DNA from: an uncultured Acidobacteriota bacterium
Lineage (GTDB): Bacteria > Acidobacteriota > JAQAZP01
Direction: 5' to 3'
DNA length: 64,000 bases
NCBI GenBank assembly: GCA_963836075.1
Contig: CAWIIB010000001.1
Location: 1,696,001-1,760,000 of the forward strand
Every line of letters starts with the position of its first letter. Within the stretch, counting starts at the first letter, position 1. Of this stretch, positions 29,842 to 40,785 are shown one piece after another. Below the pieces are notes generated by a model. The model saw nothing but the letters and a program-made list of their open reading frames with translations. It was not told the DNA's origin and ran no database searches. Made by a program: the position numbers and the translations under genes.

Positions 29842-30892
29842 TCAGGAGGCGGGGGGAGAGCCCTCGGGAAGGACGGTGGTGAAATACCACCAGTAGTCCT
29901 CGGCCAGTTTGCCGCCGTCGGGGGTCATCAGCCCCTCCCCGCGCAGGGTGACGGTGTAGGTCTGGCCGGGCTCCAGGGGCCGCAGCGGGTCGAAGACACA
30001 GGTCCGCGAGTCATCGAGGCAGTAGACCCCACCGGTCACCGGGTGGCCGGAACGGTCCACCAGCAGCAGGTCGCGGGGGTCGAGGCTGACGGGGTCGATG
30101 GCGCTGTTGAGGCGGAAGCGGATGTCCTGCTCCAGCGCGACCCCGGTGGAGAGGTGGCGGGGCTGGTGGTCCACCAGCACCAGGCTCGAGGTGTTGCGCG
30201 GCGGTGGCTCGTCTGCCGTGGCCGGGACACTGTAGTCTCCGGTGGCCGCGAGCACCGCCTCCGTGCCATACCAGACCATCTCCGGCGGCGGAGCGATGGC
30301 CACCAGGGCCTCGGGAACCGGCGGGACGAGCAGGGCGCCAAATGCCGCGTCGCTGTCGTCGATGGCCTCGATCAGCAGCACGGCCAGAACCACCGCGGCC
30401 AGGCCGGCCACCACCACCACGGCCACCGGCGTTTTTTCCAGCACGATGCCCACACCGGCGTTCTCACCCTCCCGCAGGGTGAAGGTCTCGCTGGTATCGC
30501 CGCTCAGACTCCTCCCACTGGCCATCGTCGGTGACCAGGCAGCGGACATCGGCGGCGTAGTCACCGGGCACCAGCCCGCCCATCCGCCAGTGGCCCGACA
30601 CTTCCCGCCGCAGCAGCTGCCGCTGCCCGCTATCAAGGTAGTAGAGTTCGGTGATCACGCCGTCCACCGTGGGCCGGCCACGCCGGCGGTCCTTCTCCTC
30701 GAGGTAAACCGCAAGGCTCACCGAGGTGTCGCTGTCCAGCGAGGCTTCGCTGACCACTTTGGTACTGACACAGCCGGAAACTGAAAAAAGGAACAGGCAG
30801 AACGTCATCACCAGGGCCAGTAAACGCCTGAAGCCCGCACGACAATCTCTTCTCCGCAACGCTCGAACCGGCGGCCAACCTGAGGTATTCAT
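29842..30892 (-). CDS. lipoprotein with C-terminal Ig-like (SbsA/Big_5) domain (frameshift ~30512)
   Basis: Lipobox VSGC; central hydrophobic stretch; F.P..PLEPGQTYTVTL..L.EDY.W.FTT. Confidence 0.7.
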
Positions 30893-30965
30893 GTTTTCCC
30901 TCTCCCTGTTCCATCCACACCGGGCCGGTTTGATACCGCCCCTCCCGAAAACAGCCTTCATACAT

Positions 30966-30981
30966 AGCAACCCTCATGCCA
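30966..30981 (-). promoter_or_regulatory. sigma54 promoter
   Basis: Minus strand TGGCATGAGGGTTGCT; near-IHF site ATTCAACCACTTA at ~31020-31032. Confidence 0.7.
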
Positions 30982-31267
30982 TCGGCAACCAGTTGACCAA
31001 AAAATCACATGTCTTTCAAATTCAACCACTTATCATCACTTCCGGACCTGGATGTTTCGGATGGAAAAAGATGGACGGCCCTGAATTCACATGTTCCGGA
31101 CACTGAGCGGGAAAAAGAATCACACCGTAAACAGTTCTTCTTACTGGTTGTTTTCCAGCCGGCCAATCTGGAGTAAACTGGGAGAATCAACGGCCCGCTG
31201 GTGGCCCAGGACATCGGGCAACCGGTGGACAGCTCTGTGATTCACGAGACCTGAAACGGGAGCCGTC

Positions 31268-32104
31268 ATGACCGTTCGGATTACAACGCTCAGCGAAAAC
31301 CAGGCCACCTTCGGCTGCCTGGCCGAATGGGGTTTGAGCATGCTGCTGGAAGCAGACGGCATCAAAGTATTGCTGGACACCGGCATGGGAATAGCCGCGC
31401 TGCACAACGCAGACCACCTGGGTGTCGATTTCAGCGACCTGGACGCCATCGTCCTCAGCCATGGGCACGTGGACCACACCGGCGGGTTGAGAGCGGTGCT
31501 CCAGCGCTCGGGTCCGGTGCGGGTGGTGGCCCATCCACAGGTCTGGGAGAGCAAATTCAGCGGTCGGGAGGGACCGCCGTATACGGAGATCGGCATGCCC
31601 TTCTCCCGGGCAGAGCTGGAGGAGCTTGGCGCCGATTTCCTCCTGAGCCGTGAGCCGGTGCACCTTTCGCCCCGCCTGGTGACCAGCGGTGAGGTGCCGA
31701 TGCACACCGATTTTGAAGCGGTGGACGACGGCCTGCTGCACTCCTCTGCCGAAGGCCCGACAGCCGATCCACTGGTGGACGATCTGTCGCTGGCCGTGCG
31801 GATGGACGACGGGCTGGTCGCCATCCTCGGCTGTGCCCACCGCGGGCCGATCAACACCATCGAGCAGTTGCGGCGGGCGGCCGGCGAGCCGCGTGTACGG
31901 GCCGTGGTGGGCGGGACACACCTGGTGCACGCATCCGATGAGCGGATCAGAACGACCATTGACCGGTTCCGGGAATTGGGCGTGACCACCGTCGCCTGCT
32001 CACACTGCACCGGGTTCCGTGCCGAAGCGATGATGTATGAAGCCTTCGGCGACTCCTTTGTCAGGAACAATGCCGGCACCAGGCTTGAATTCCCAAATGG
32101 CTGA
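31268..32104 (+). CDS. MBL-fold metallo-hydrolase (COG1237-like)
   Basis: EWGLSML, LLDTG, SHGHVDHTGG, GCAHRG, GGTHL, HCTG motifs. Confidence 0.9.
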   Translation: MTVRITTLSENQATFGCLAEWGLSMLLEADGIKVLLDTGMGIAALHNADHLGVDFSDLDAIVLSHGHVDHTGGLRAVLQRSGPVRVVAHPQVWESKFSGREGPPYTEIGMPFSRAELEELGADFLLSREPVHLSPRLVTSGEVPMHTDFEAVDDGLLHSSAEGPTADPLVDDLSLAVRMDDGLVAILGCAHRGPINTIEQLRRAAGEPRVRAVVGGTHLVHASDERIRTTIDRFRELGVTTVACSHCTGFRAEAMMYEAFGDSFVRNNAGTRLEFPNG

Positions 32105-32168
32105 AACCTGATTCTCGGTCCCTCCTCGGGGAGTGCATCGTGATAGAATGAACCCGAGGAGCAGGTGG

Positions 32169-33062
32169 ATGAGCGAAGAAACCGGAAGCGAAACCGGATC
32201 GACAGGCTTGTCAGCCCTTTTGCCCGCCGAGGTGGAGGGCTTCACTCCCTTTGAGGAAGACCGCTTCTTCACCGCCGACACCCTCTTCGACCTGATCGAC
32301 GGCGGGGCCGAAATCTACCGGGCGCTGAACGTCCAGCAGACCGTCCACCGCCGCTACACCCATCCCGATTCCAGCGACATCATCGCCGACATCTTCGACA
32401 TGGGCTCGGCCGCCGATGCCTACGGCGCCTGGCACAACGACATCCGCGAGGGCGAGAGCCCCGGTATCGGCTGCGAGTCCGAATACCAGGGAGGGTCCCT
32501 CTATTTCTGGAAAGACCGCTACTTCGTCTCGGTGGTGGCGCTGCAGGAGACTGAGCTGACCGCCCGGGTGGTCTGTAAGATCGGCCGGGCCATCGACGCC
32601 GCTATCCTCGGTGACGCCGGGCCGCCGGAGCTGGCCCAGCGGTTGCCCCCGGAACGGCTGCTGTCCGAGCAGATCTATTTTTTCCACGATCACGAGGGGC
32701 TGACCCGGCGCTACCAGGTGGGGGACGGCAACCCGCTGCTGCTCAGCCGGCAGACCGAAGGGCTGCTGGCCCGCTACCTGCCGCTCTCCGGCGGGGAGGG
32801 CGCCTCGCCGCACTTTGTCCTGCTGCTGATCAGATACCCCTCGGCAGAAGAGGCCAGGTCGGCCCACCGGAATTTCCGGGCAGCGCACGCGCCGGGCTGG
32901 CGTGAGCAGACGGCGGTCAACATCCCGGGCAGCGGGTGGACATCCTCCTGCCTGGTGGAGGACACGGTGGCCGTGGTGCTCGGCGCACCGTCCCGGAGGG
33001 ATGTCCGGCAACTGATCCATGAGGTCCACGGCCTGCTGCAGGACCAGGGAGGTAGACCATGA
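32169..33062 (+). CDS. DUF6599-like hypothetical protein
   Basis: LFDLIDGGAEIY, DIFDMGS..DAYG, FWKDRYFV; start uncertain. Confidence 0.65.
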   Translation: MSEETGSETGSTGLSALLPAEVEGFTPFEEDRFFTADTLFDLIDGGAEIYRALNVQQTVHRRYTHPDSSDIIADIFDMGSAADAYGAWHNDIREGESPGIGCESEYQGGSLYFWKDRYFVSVVALQETELTARVVCKIGRAIDAAILGDAGPPELAQRLPPERLLSEQIYFFHDHEGLTRRYQVGDGNPLLLSRQTEGLLARYLPLSGGEGASPHFVLLLIRYPSAEEARSAHRNFRAAHAPGWREQTAVNIPGSGWTSSCLVEDTVAVVLGAPSRRDVRQLIHEVHGLLQDQGGRP

Positions 33063-33982
33063 GCGACACGAAAGACCGGCTGACCCGGCGTGATTTCCTG
33101 CAGGCCGTTTCCGGCGCGGCCGTGGTCGGCGCCGTGGGAGGAAGTCTGGGGGGCGTCAGGGATGCGGCGGCGTCCCCGCCCCCGCGCACGGCGGCCGCGG
33201 GCAAGTCCACCGTGGTGCTGGTGCGCGACACGGCAGTCCTGGATGAAAACCGCAAAGTCAGCGGCCCGGTGATTTCCCGGATGCTGGACCAGGCGGTGGC
33301 CGCGCTGTTCGATGAAGAGACACCGGAAAAGGCCTGGAGCCGCCTGTTCGGCCCGACGGACATCGTGGGTATCAAAACCAACGAGTGGGAATTCCTGCCC
33401 ACCCCGCCGGCTCTGGAGGAGGCGATCCGCCGCCGGGTGGCCGGCACCGGGGTGCCGGCGGAGAAAATCACCGTGGCCGACCGGGGGATTCACGAGAATC
33501 CGGGGTTCACCGGGGCCACGGCCCTGGTCAATGTCCGGCCCATGCGTACCCACCACTGGTCCGGGGTGGGGAGCCTGCTGAAAAACGTGATCACCTTCAC
33601 CCCTTCGCCCTGGGACTGGCACGACGACTCCTGTGCCGACCTGGCCGGCCTGTGGCAACTGCCAGGGATCAAGGGCAAGGTGCGGCTGAACATCCTGGTG
33701 ATGCTCACCCCGCTGTTCCACGGCAAGGGGGCCCACCACTACCAGGCGGAATACACCTGGCCCTACGGCGGCCTGGTGGTGGGCGTGGACCCGGTGGCGG
33801 TGGACGCCACCGGTCTGCGGATCCTCGAAGCCCAGCGGGACCTGCACTTCGGCAAAAACGTCCCCTTCACCGTACCGCCGCACCACATCCGGCTGGCGGA
33901 GGAAAAGCACCGGCTGGGCATTGCCGACCCGGACCGCATCAGGATCATCAGGATCGGCACCATGGATAACGCCCTGATCTGA
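33059..33982 (+). CDS. Tat-exported DUF362 domain protein
   Basis: TRRDFL twin-arginine signal; VGIKTN, P.R.HHW.G....KN, DPVAVDATG. Confidence 0.8.
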   Translation: MSDTKDRLTRRDFLQAVSGAAVVGAVGGSLGGVRDAAASPPPRTAAAGKSTVVLVRDTAVLDENRKVSGPVISRMLDQAVAALFDEETPEKAWSRLFGPTDIVGIKTNEWEFLPTPPALEEAIRRRVAGTGVPAEKITVADRGIHENPGFTGATALVNVRPMRTHHWSGVGSLLKNVITFTPSPWDWHDDSCADLAGLWQLPGIKGKVRLNILVMLTPLFHGKGAHHYQAEYTWPYGGLVVGVDPVAVDATGLRILEAQRDLHFGKNVPFTVPPHHIRLAEEKHRLGIADPDRIRIIRIGTMDNALI

Positions 33983-34007
33983 GCAAGTTATCCAGGAGAG
34001 AAAAACG

Positions 34008-36102
34008 ATGACTGAACGTATCACCCAAGCTGCCCTAATCCTGTTGCTGGTTGCCCTGGTATCCGTCCCGGCCATGGCCGGTTGGCCCGACGACCCGGCG
34101 GAGAACATGGTGATCTGCGACCGCAACGGCAGGCAGTCATCGACCAAGATCGCCGCCATCTCGGACGGCGGCTGCTACATCAGCTGGTATGACAAGGCCT
34201 CCGGAAACTACGACGTCTACCTCCAGCGTCTGAGCGGCAGCGGGGTTGCCCAGTGGCCCGCCAACGGCCTGCTGGTCAGCGCCCACCCCCAGGAGACCTG
34301 GGTCAACGACTACGACCTGGCCTGCGACCAGGACGATCATGCCATCGTGGTAATCAACGACATCCGCGACGGCTCGGACCGCGACATCTTCGCCTACCGC
34401 ATCAGCCCGGCCGGCGAGTTCGTCTGGGGCGCCGACGGCCTGACCCTCTCGGCCAATGACGGCTACGAACCCGATCCCCGGGTGACGGTGACCAGCGACG
34501 GGAACCTGGTTTTCGCCTGGCAGGAGGAGAACAACCTGCACCTGCGCAAGGTGACACCGGCCGGCGCCGACCTCTGGGTCCCGGCGACCGTCACGCTAAC
34601 CGCGATCTACGGGTACTCAGTTACCCGGCTGGCTCCGGCGCCAGATGACGGGGTGATCCTCCAGGCACTGCTGCACCATGGCCCGGACACCTACGATCCA
34701 AAGCACCTGACCATCTTCAAGTTTGGCCGCAACGGCAACCACATCTGGAATCCTGCCGGCGAAACGGTCTCCGATGCCGGCGGTTTCGGACCCGACATGC
34801 GGCCCGACCTGATTCCCGATTCCAAGGGCGGTGCGTACTGCCACTGGTACGACACCCGGACCAGTTCCCAGCACACCTTTGTCCAGCACGTCACCGCGTC
34901 CGGCACCATGGCCTGGACCGATGACGGTGTTCTTTGCTCAACAATCGGGAGTGAGCTTCAATTTGCCCCGTCCATCACCCGTCTACCCAACTCCGACGAC
35001 ATCATCGTCTTCTTCCCCTTTGCCGACGCCTACCAGTCTCGGAGCGGTGTGAGGGGCCAGCGGCTGAATCCGGCCGGCCAGCGACTCTGGTCCGACGACG
35101 GCGTGGTCCTGGACCCGCTGGAATTCCGCAACCGCTGGAACGTCCGGGCCCAGGCCCAGGAGGATGGGGCCATCGTCACCTATCTCGACGATGTGGCCGA
35201 GCTAAGCACCAAGGTGATGGCGATCAGGGTGGACATGGACGGCAACCAGGTCTGGCCAACATCGCCGATTGAGATGACCAGCATTGCCCGCACCAGGGGC
35301 ACGATGGCTGACTGTGCAAACTCCTCAGACCAGGTGATCTGCGCCTGGGAGGACCGGCGCAACGACAGCAGCGGTGACATCTACCTGCAGAACATCAATC
35401 CCGATGGGAGCCTCGGCCCCCTCTCCTCGCTGCCCGGCATACCGCGCCTGGTTGCCGGCCCCGGGCCGGGGTATGACAACCCGCCGATGGTGCGGATCTT
35501 TCCGCCGGCCCAGGGTGCCGAGCACCTTGAAGAATTCGACGCCTATGGCCCGGAGCACTATGGCGTAAATGTGTGCTGTGGCGATGTGAACGGCGACGGC
35601 CGAGCCGAGTTGCTCACCGGGGCCGGCCCCGGGGACATCTACGGTCCCCACGTGCGGGGTTTTGCCGTGGACGGCACGCCGATCCCCGGCCTGAGCTTCC
35701 TGGCCTACGGCACCAACAAGTACCGGGGTCAACGTGGTCGCCGGCGACATCGACGGGGACGGCTTCGACGAGATCGTCACCGGCGCCGGGCCCTCGGCGC
35801 TCTTCGGCCCCCACATCCGCGGCTGGAACGTTGACGGCGGGACTGTTGCCGAGGTCTATGGAATGAACTTCTTTGGCTGGGACCCGGAATACGTCAGTTA
35901 CGGCGCCGTTGTCAGTTCCGGCGCAGACCTGGACGGCGATGGCCTGGACGAGCTGCTGGTGGCCGCCGGACCCGATCCCCACATGGATACGAATGTGCTG
36001 GCGTATCGCTACAACGGAGCCGGTGTAACGCTCCAGTTCGATCTCACCGCTTTCGACGATGATATGACCTACGGCGCCAATGTCGCGGCCGGCCGATTCT
36101 AG
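34008..36102 (+). CDS. secreted beta-propeller protein with C-terminal FG-GAP module (frameshift ~35723)
   Basis: Signal peptide; W.D.R..DIY.Q repeats; tail of GD.[ND]GDG..E..TGAGP...GPH.RG repeats ending GANVAAGRF. Confidence 0.8.
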
Positions 36103-36197
36103 CCCGGACCCGCAATTCGAATTCGCCTGCACAAAAACCGGCCTCCCCGGCGTGGATCCTCCGAGGGACCTACCGCAAACAGTGCCCGGTGGAGGTG

Positions 36198-36677
36198 ATG
36201 AAAACAAGCTTCTTCGACCAGGTGCGCGGCTGCTACACCGAGAACCGGCAGGGGCTCTACACCTACGCCCTGGCCCTGACCCGCGACCGGGCCGCCGCCG
36301 AAGACGTGGTGCACGGCGTGATCTGCCGCCTGCTGGACCGGGGGAGGATGCCCGATGAGCCACGCCCCTACCTCTTCCGCGCGGTGCGCAACGCCGTGGT
36401 GGATGGCTGGCGCAGGGGGCCGTCGCGGGAGGAACCGCTGTTCGACCTCCAGCAGCCGGATACCGGCGGCGGTGCACCGCCGGACCAGGCCCTGCAGTTG
36501 CACCAGTGCCTCTTCCGGCTGGCGGAGGACCAGCGTGAGGTGGTCGTGCTCAAGGTTTACCAGGGTCTCACCTTTCGCGAGATCGGCGAGGTGCGGGGAC
36601 AGTCGGCCAACACGGCGGCCTCGCTCTACCGCCGGGGCCTGCAAAAGATGAAAACCATGCTCGAGGAGGACGCGTGA
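36198..36677 (+). CDS. ECF sigma factor
   Basis: AEDVVH..YLFRAVRN; L..DQREVVVLK..GLTFREIG..NTAAS.YRRGL; GGAGG RBS. Confidence 0.85.
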   Translation: MKTSFFDQVRGCYTENRQGLYTYALALTRDRAAAEDVVHGVICRLLDRGRMPDEPRPYLFRAVRNAVVDGWRRGPSREEPLFDLQQPDTGGGAPPDQALQLHQCLFRLAEDQREVVVLKVYQGLTFREIGEVRGQSANTAASLYRRGLQKMKTMLEEDA

Positions 36678-37036
36678 TGAAGGATATGGAAGATCTGCTG
36701 AAAAATGCGCCGCTCTCTGAGCCACCTGGGCCGCTGGACCAGCGGGTGGAAGCAGCGGTGCGCGAGGCGGAGCACCGTTACGCCCGCCGCCGGCCCGCCG
36801 GTGTGCCGCTCTGGGCCTTTGCCGCCGGTTGCCTGGCCTGCACGCTGATCGGCTTCCTGATCCACCCGCTGGTGGAGCAGGCTCCACCAGCACCGGCCGA
36901 GGGTGCCGGTGTGGTCATGTATATCGTGGAGCCGGCAAGCTCCAGCCTCCGCATCCTGGGGACCAGGCAGGACGAAAACAGCAGATCCTTCTGGCAGAAG
37001 AAGCGGGGGGAAGTGAGACCGCTGGTCCGCAATTAA
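36674..37036 (+). CDS. putative anti-sigma factor (single TM)
   Basis: Translationally coupled to the ECF gene; short cytoplasmic part then a TM. Confidence 0.6.
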   Translation: MMKDMEDLLKNAPLSEPPGPLDQRVEAAVREAEHRYARRRPAGVPLWAFAAGCLACTLIGFLIHPLVEQAPPAPAEGAGVVMYIVEPASSSLRILGTRQDENSRSFWQKKRGEVRPLVRN

Positions 37037-37069
37037 ATGCAGGCAATCCACAGAGTGAGGGGGCAGCAA

Positions 37070-37858
37070 ATGAAAACAGCACTGTCGATCATGATCCTGG
37101 CGGTTCTGGCCGCCTGCGCCATCCCGGCCGCGGCCCAGCAACCCGTGCCGCAATACATCATTGAATCAAATATCATCGCCATCCCGGCGGGCGAGGGCCG
37201 GGAGTGCCGGGTGGTGGGCGAAGGCGGATCATACACCCTGCGGGGGAATGGCGGCGGCATGTCCGCCTTTGGCGAGCTGAAAAAGCTGGTCTGCGGCGAT
37301 GTGACCCTGACCCTCCGCGTGGACGGGAATTTCGGTACGCTGCTCTGGAACGGCGAGGAAAATCCGCCGGAGGATACAGTGCTGGAGCTTATCTCCGCAC
37401 CAAAGGTCTCAACCCAGGCGGGCAAAAAGGCAATGATCATGTCCGGATCCGCACTCACATACTTCACCCGTGAGGAGGACGGTTGCTTTAGACTGCACGT
37501 TACCACTGAGGAAGATTCGCCGGTGGAATCACCGGGAGTGACCGTAGCATTCACTCCACAGCCGGCAGAAGGTGACGCTGCTTCGAAACTGGTGGAATTG
37601 GATATGGAACTCAGCTTGAAGGCATTGGCAGGCCGGGAGACCATTCAGGGGTGTGCCAGCCTCGACGTTGGCAAACCGATCCTGACCGTGCGGACAATGG
37701 CGTCCAAAGTGAGTCTGGCCCTGGGCCAGTGGCACCTGGTGAGCGGCCACCAGTTCACCGGCCCCGGGGGTGAGGAGGGGGATTTCCTGCTGGTGCTGCT
37801 GCGGGTGCAGAATGTGAAGGATCTGCCGGTACCGCTACCCACGGCCCCTGCTCAGTGA
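37070..37858 (+). CDS. small secreted protein resembling a stand-alone secretin core domain
   Basis: Signal peptide; QYIIESNII, LISAPKVSTQAGKKAMIMSG, GVTVAFTP, KPILTVRT..SKV.LALGQ, LLVLL in secretin motif order. Confidence 0.55.
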   Translation: MKTALSIMILAVLAACAIPAAAQQPVPQYIIESNIIAIPAGEGRECRVVGEGGSYTLRGNGGGMSAFGELKKLVCGDVTLTLRVDGNFGTLLWNGEENPPEDTVLELISAPKVSTQAGKKAMIMSGSALTYFTREEDGCFRLHVTTEEDSPVESPGVTVAFTPQPAEGDAASKLVELDMELSLKALAGRETIQGCASLDVGKPILTVRTMASKVSLALGQWHLVSGHQFTGPGGEEGDFLLVLLRVQNVKDLPVPLPTAPAQ

Positions 37859-37880
37859 GCAGCTTTTTGATCCGTCCCCA

Positions 37881-40593
37881 TCAGTCGGCAGTGCGCACGA
37901 TCCTGAGGCCGAAGGAGTTGTTGTTGGCCGTGGGCCGGTAGTTTCCCCGGTACGCGGAACGGCAGTCCCAGGCCCGGAAATCCCAGCCCCCGCCGCGCAG
38001 CACCCTGGTCTTCCCCGAATCGGGTCCCCCGGGGTCACGGTTGGGGGAATACTCGTAGTAGTTGCGGTCGTAATAGTCGGAGCACCACTCGCCCACGTTG
38101 CCGTGCATGTCGTACAGCCCCCAGGCGTTGGGCTTCAGCTGCCCAACCGGGTGGGTGGCGTCGCCCGAGTTGTAGCAATACCAGCCCCAGGGGGCCAGGT
38201 GGTCATCATTCCGGCAATCCATCGAATTGATCTCACCGCCGAAAAAGGACCGGCTGGTGCCCGAGCGGCAGGTGAACTCCCACTCCGCCTCGGTGGGCAG
38301 GCGGAAGCGCCCGGCGCCGGCGGTTGAATTCAGCTTGTCCACAAAGGCCCGGGCATCGTTCCAGGACACAGAGTCCACCGGGCGGTCGGCACCCTTGAAG
38401 TGCGACGGGTTGCCGCCCATCACCGCCTGCCACTGAGCCTGGGTCACCTCATAGATCCCCAGCCAGAACCCCTCGCTGATCACCACCGTGTGCTTGGGGC
38501 TCTCGTCGGTGTGCGTGCCCTTCCGCTTTTCCACGGTGCCCATCCTGAAGGTGCCGGGCGGAATCCAGACGAAGTCCATCTCCACCCCCGGGCCGACGCT
38601 GAAGCTGCGGGTGATGCCGTGGGACTGCCACAGACCCTTCCGGGCATGATCAAAGCGGGTGGAATAGCGCTCGAGACGGGCATCCCCGGGGGCGATTTCA
38701 CGGAAGCGGGCCAGCGCCTGTCCGGCATCCTCGAGGCTGGCCACCGTACCGGCGGTGATGCCCCGGTCGATCCGGGTCTCCAGACCCGCCAGCTCCGCCT
38801 CATTGTTCGTGGTATCCAGCCGGGCGGTTTCAGCAGCCGCCTTTTCCCCGGCCTGGACAAAGAGCGCCTCCGCGTCCCCGTAGGCCTGCCGTTCCAGGTC
38901 GGGGCGGCCGGCGGCCCGGTGCCCCTCCCCTGCCCGCAGCTTCTCCTCGGCGGCGGTCCAGAGCTCCGGCGCGTGCTCGGCAGCACCGGCGTCCTGAGCT
39001 GCCTGGCGGGAGGCCTGGACCGCGGTCAACGCTGCCGCCACCTCCGCCTCGCTGACCACCGGTTCCACGGGTTTGCGGGCCGGGGTGCTGGTGCGGGCCG
39101 GCTTTGTAGCGGCGTCCTTTTCCGCGGGCTTCGTCGATCCCACCTCGGTGGGCCGCACGGCTTTTTCCTTCTCCGGCGGCTCTTCAGCCACCGCCGCGAC
39201 GGCCGGTTTCCCAGCCGCAGCCTCCGGCTCGGCTGCAGGTTTGCTCACCGATTCGGCGGACCGGCCGGTCTTGCCCGCCGGCGGCTTTCCGCTCCCCGAA
39301 ACGTCCTGCTCCGGATTCTTTTCTTCGGTCGTGGCGGGGGAATCTCCCGGGTCGTCTTCAACGACCTCTGATACATCTCCGATGGCTGATCCGCCCGCGG
39401 CCTGCTCCCCCTCCCCGGGCGCACCGAGCTGGGCCTGCTGTCCCTCCCCCACCGTTCGGGGCCCGGTGATCCCTGGTCCACCAGACCACCACCAGCAGTA
39501 TGGCCAGCAGAATGGCCATGGCACCGATCCAGGCCAGGATGATCCGGCGCATGCCGAACCGCTCTGTCAGGCCGGGACGCGGAGGCTCCGGACGGGCCGG
39601 GGGCTCCGGCAGGGGCGGCGAGACAACTTCGGCGGCGGCGGGGGCATCCGGCGGGGTCACCGCCAGAGCGGTCTGGTCCACCGGCGCAACCGGCTCCACG
39701 GCACCGACGGCCATGGTGGGCGGCGGCTCATCCGCGGCCGGCGTCTCATCCTCCTCCAACGGTTCGTCGGGCTGCTCCCGCAGACGCTGCAGGGCCTCCA
39801 GCAGTTCCCCGGCGGACTGGTAACGGTCATCGGGGTTCCGGGCCATCAGCCGGCTGACCAGCCGGTCCACGGCCGGCGGCACCTCGGGATTGATGTCGCG
39901 CACCGATTTCTCCGGATCGCTGATCCGCTGGTGCAGGATGGCCACCGGCATATCCGCATCGTAGGGCGGGCAGCCGGCCAGCATCTGGAAAAGCACGCTG
40001 CCCAGCGAGTAGAAATCGGCGCGATGATCGACGTCATCGTCCTCCAGCTGCTCCGGTGCGATGTAGATCGGGCTGCCGAACATGGTGCCCGGCCGGGTCA
40101 GCCGGGTTTCCTCGAGGGTCAGGGCGATACCGAAATCGGTGAGCACCACCTTCTCGCCCCGGGGGTCGACGATGATGTTGGCCGGCTTCACATCGCGGTG
40201 GATCACCCCCGACTGGTGGGCCGTGCCCAGGGCGTCGGCCAGCTGGCCGGCAAAGAACAGGGCCTTGTCCAGCGGGAGCCGGCCTTCCTCGGCAATGTAC
40301 TCCTCGAGGGTGTCGCCCACCAGGAGTTTCATCACGAAGTAGTAAGCGCCCTCGCACTGGCCGATGTCGTAGATGGTGACGATGCCGGGGTGATCCAGCG
40401 CGGCCACGGACCTCGCCTCGCGCAGGAAGCGCTCGACAAACTCCTTGTTCTGCGCCAGGTTGGCGGGCAGGACCTTGATCGCCACGTACCGTTTGAGCGC
40501 CGGCTGCACCGCGCGGTAGACCACGCCCATGCCCCCGGACCCGATGACGCCCTGGATTTCGTACGGTCCGATTTTTTTCCGTTCAGGAGCCAT
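37881..40593 (-). CDS. Ser/Thr kinase - TM - linker - FGE-sulfatase (SUMF1) domain protein (frameshift ~39400-39480)
   Basis: GSGGMGVVY, HRDVKPANI, DFGIA; C-terminal IPPGTFRMG, RLPTEAEWE, PNAWGLYDMHGNVGEW, RVLRGGGW. Confidence 0.88.
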
Positions 40594-40731
40594 TGAATGA
40601 GCAGAGACGGCACTCTGAAGGCCGGCCGCGGCACCTCCGCGGCGGGTCGCGTTCCAGTGGTATGAACCAACCCTGACTGGTTAAAGAATAGTGTTGTCCT
40701 CGAACAGGGTCAAGGCGTCGCGCTGAAAATG

Positions 40732-40763
40732 AAAAGCCCCGAAGGGATGATCCCCCCCGGGGC
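40732..40763 (-). terminator. probable rho-independent terminator
   Basis: GCCCCG..CGGGGC stem followed by TTTT on the minus strand, after 40786. Confidence 0.6.
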
Positions 40764-40785
40764 ATTGCCCGTCAGGTCAAGCGGT

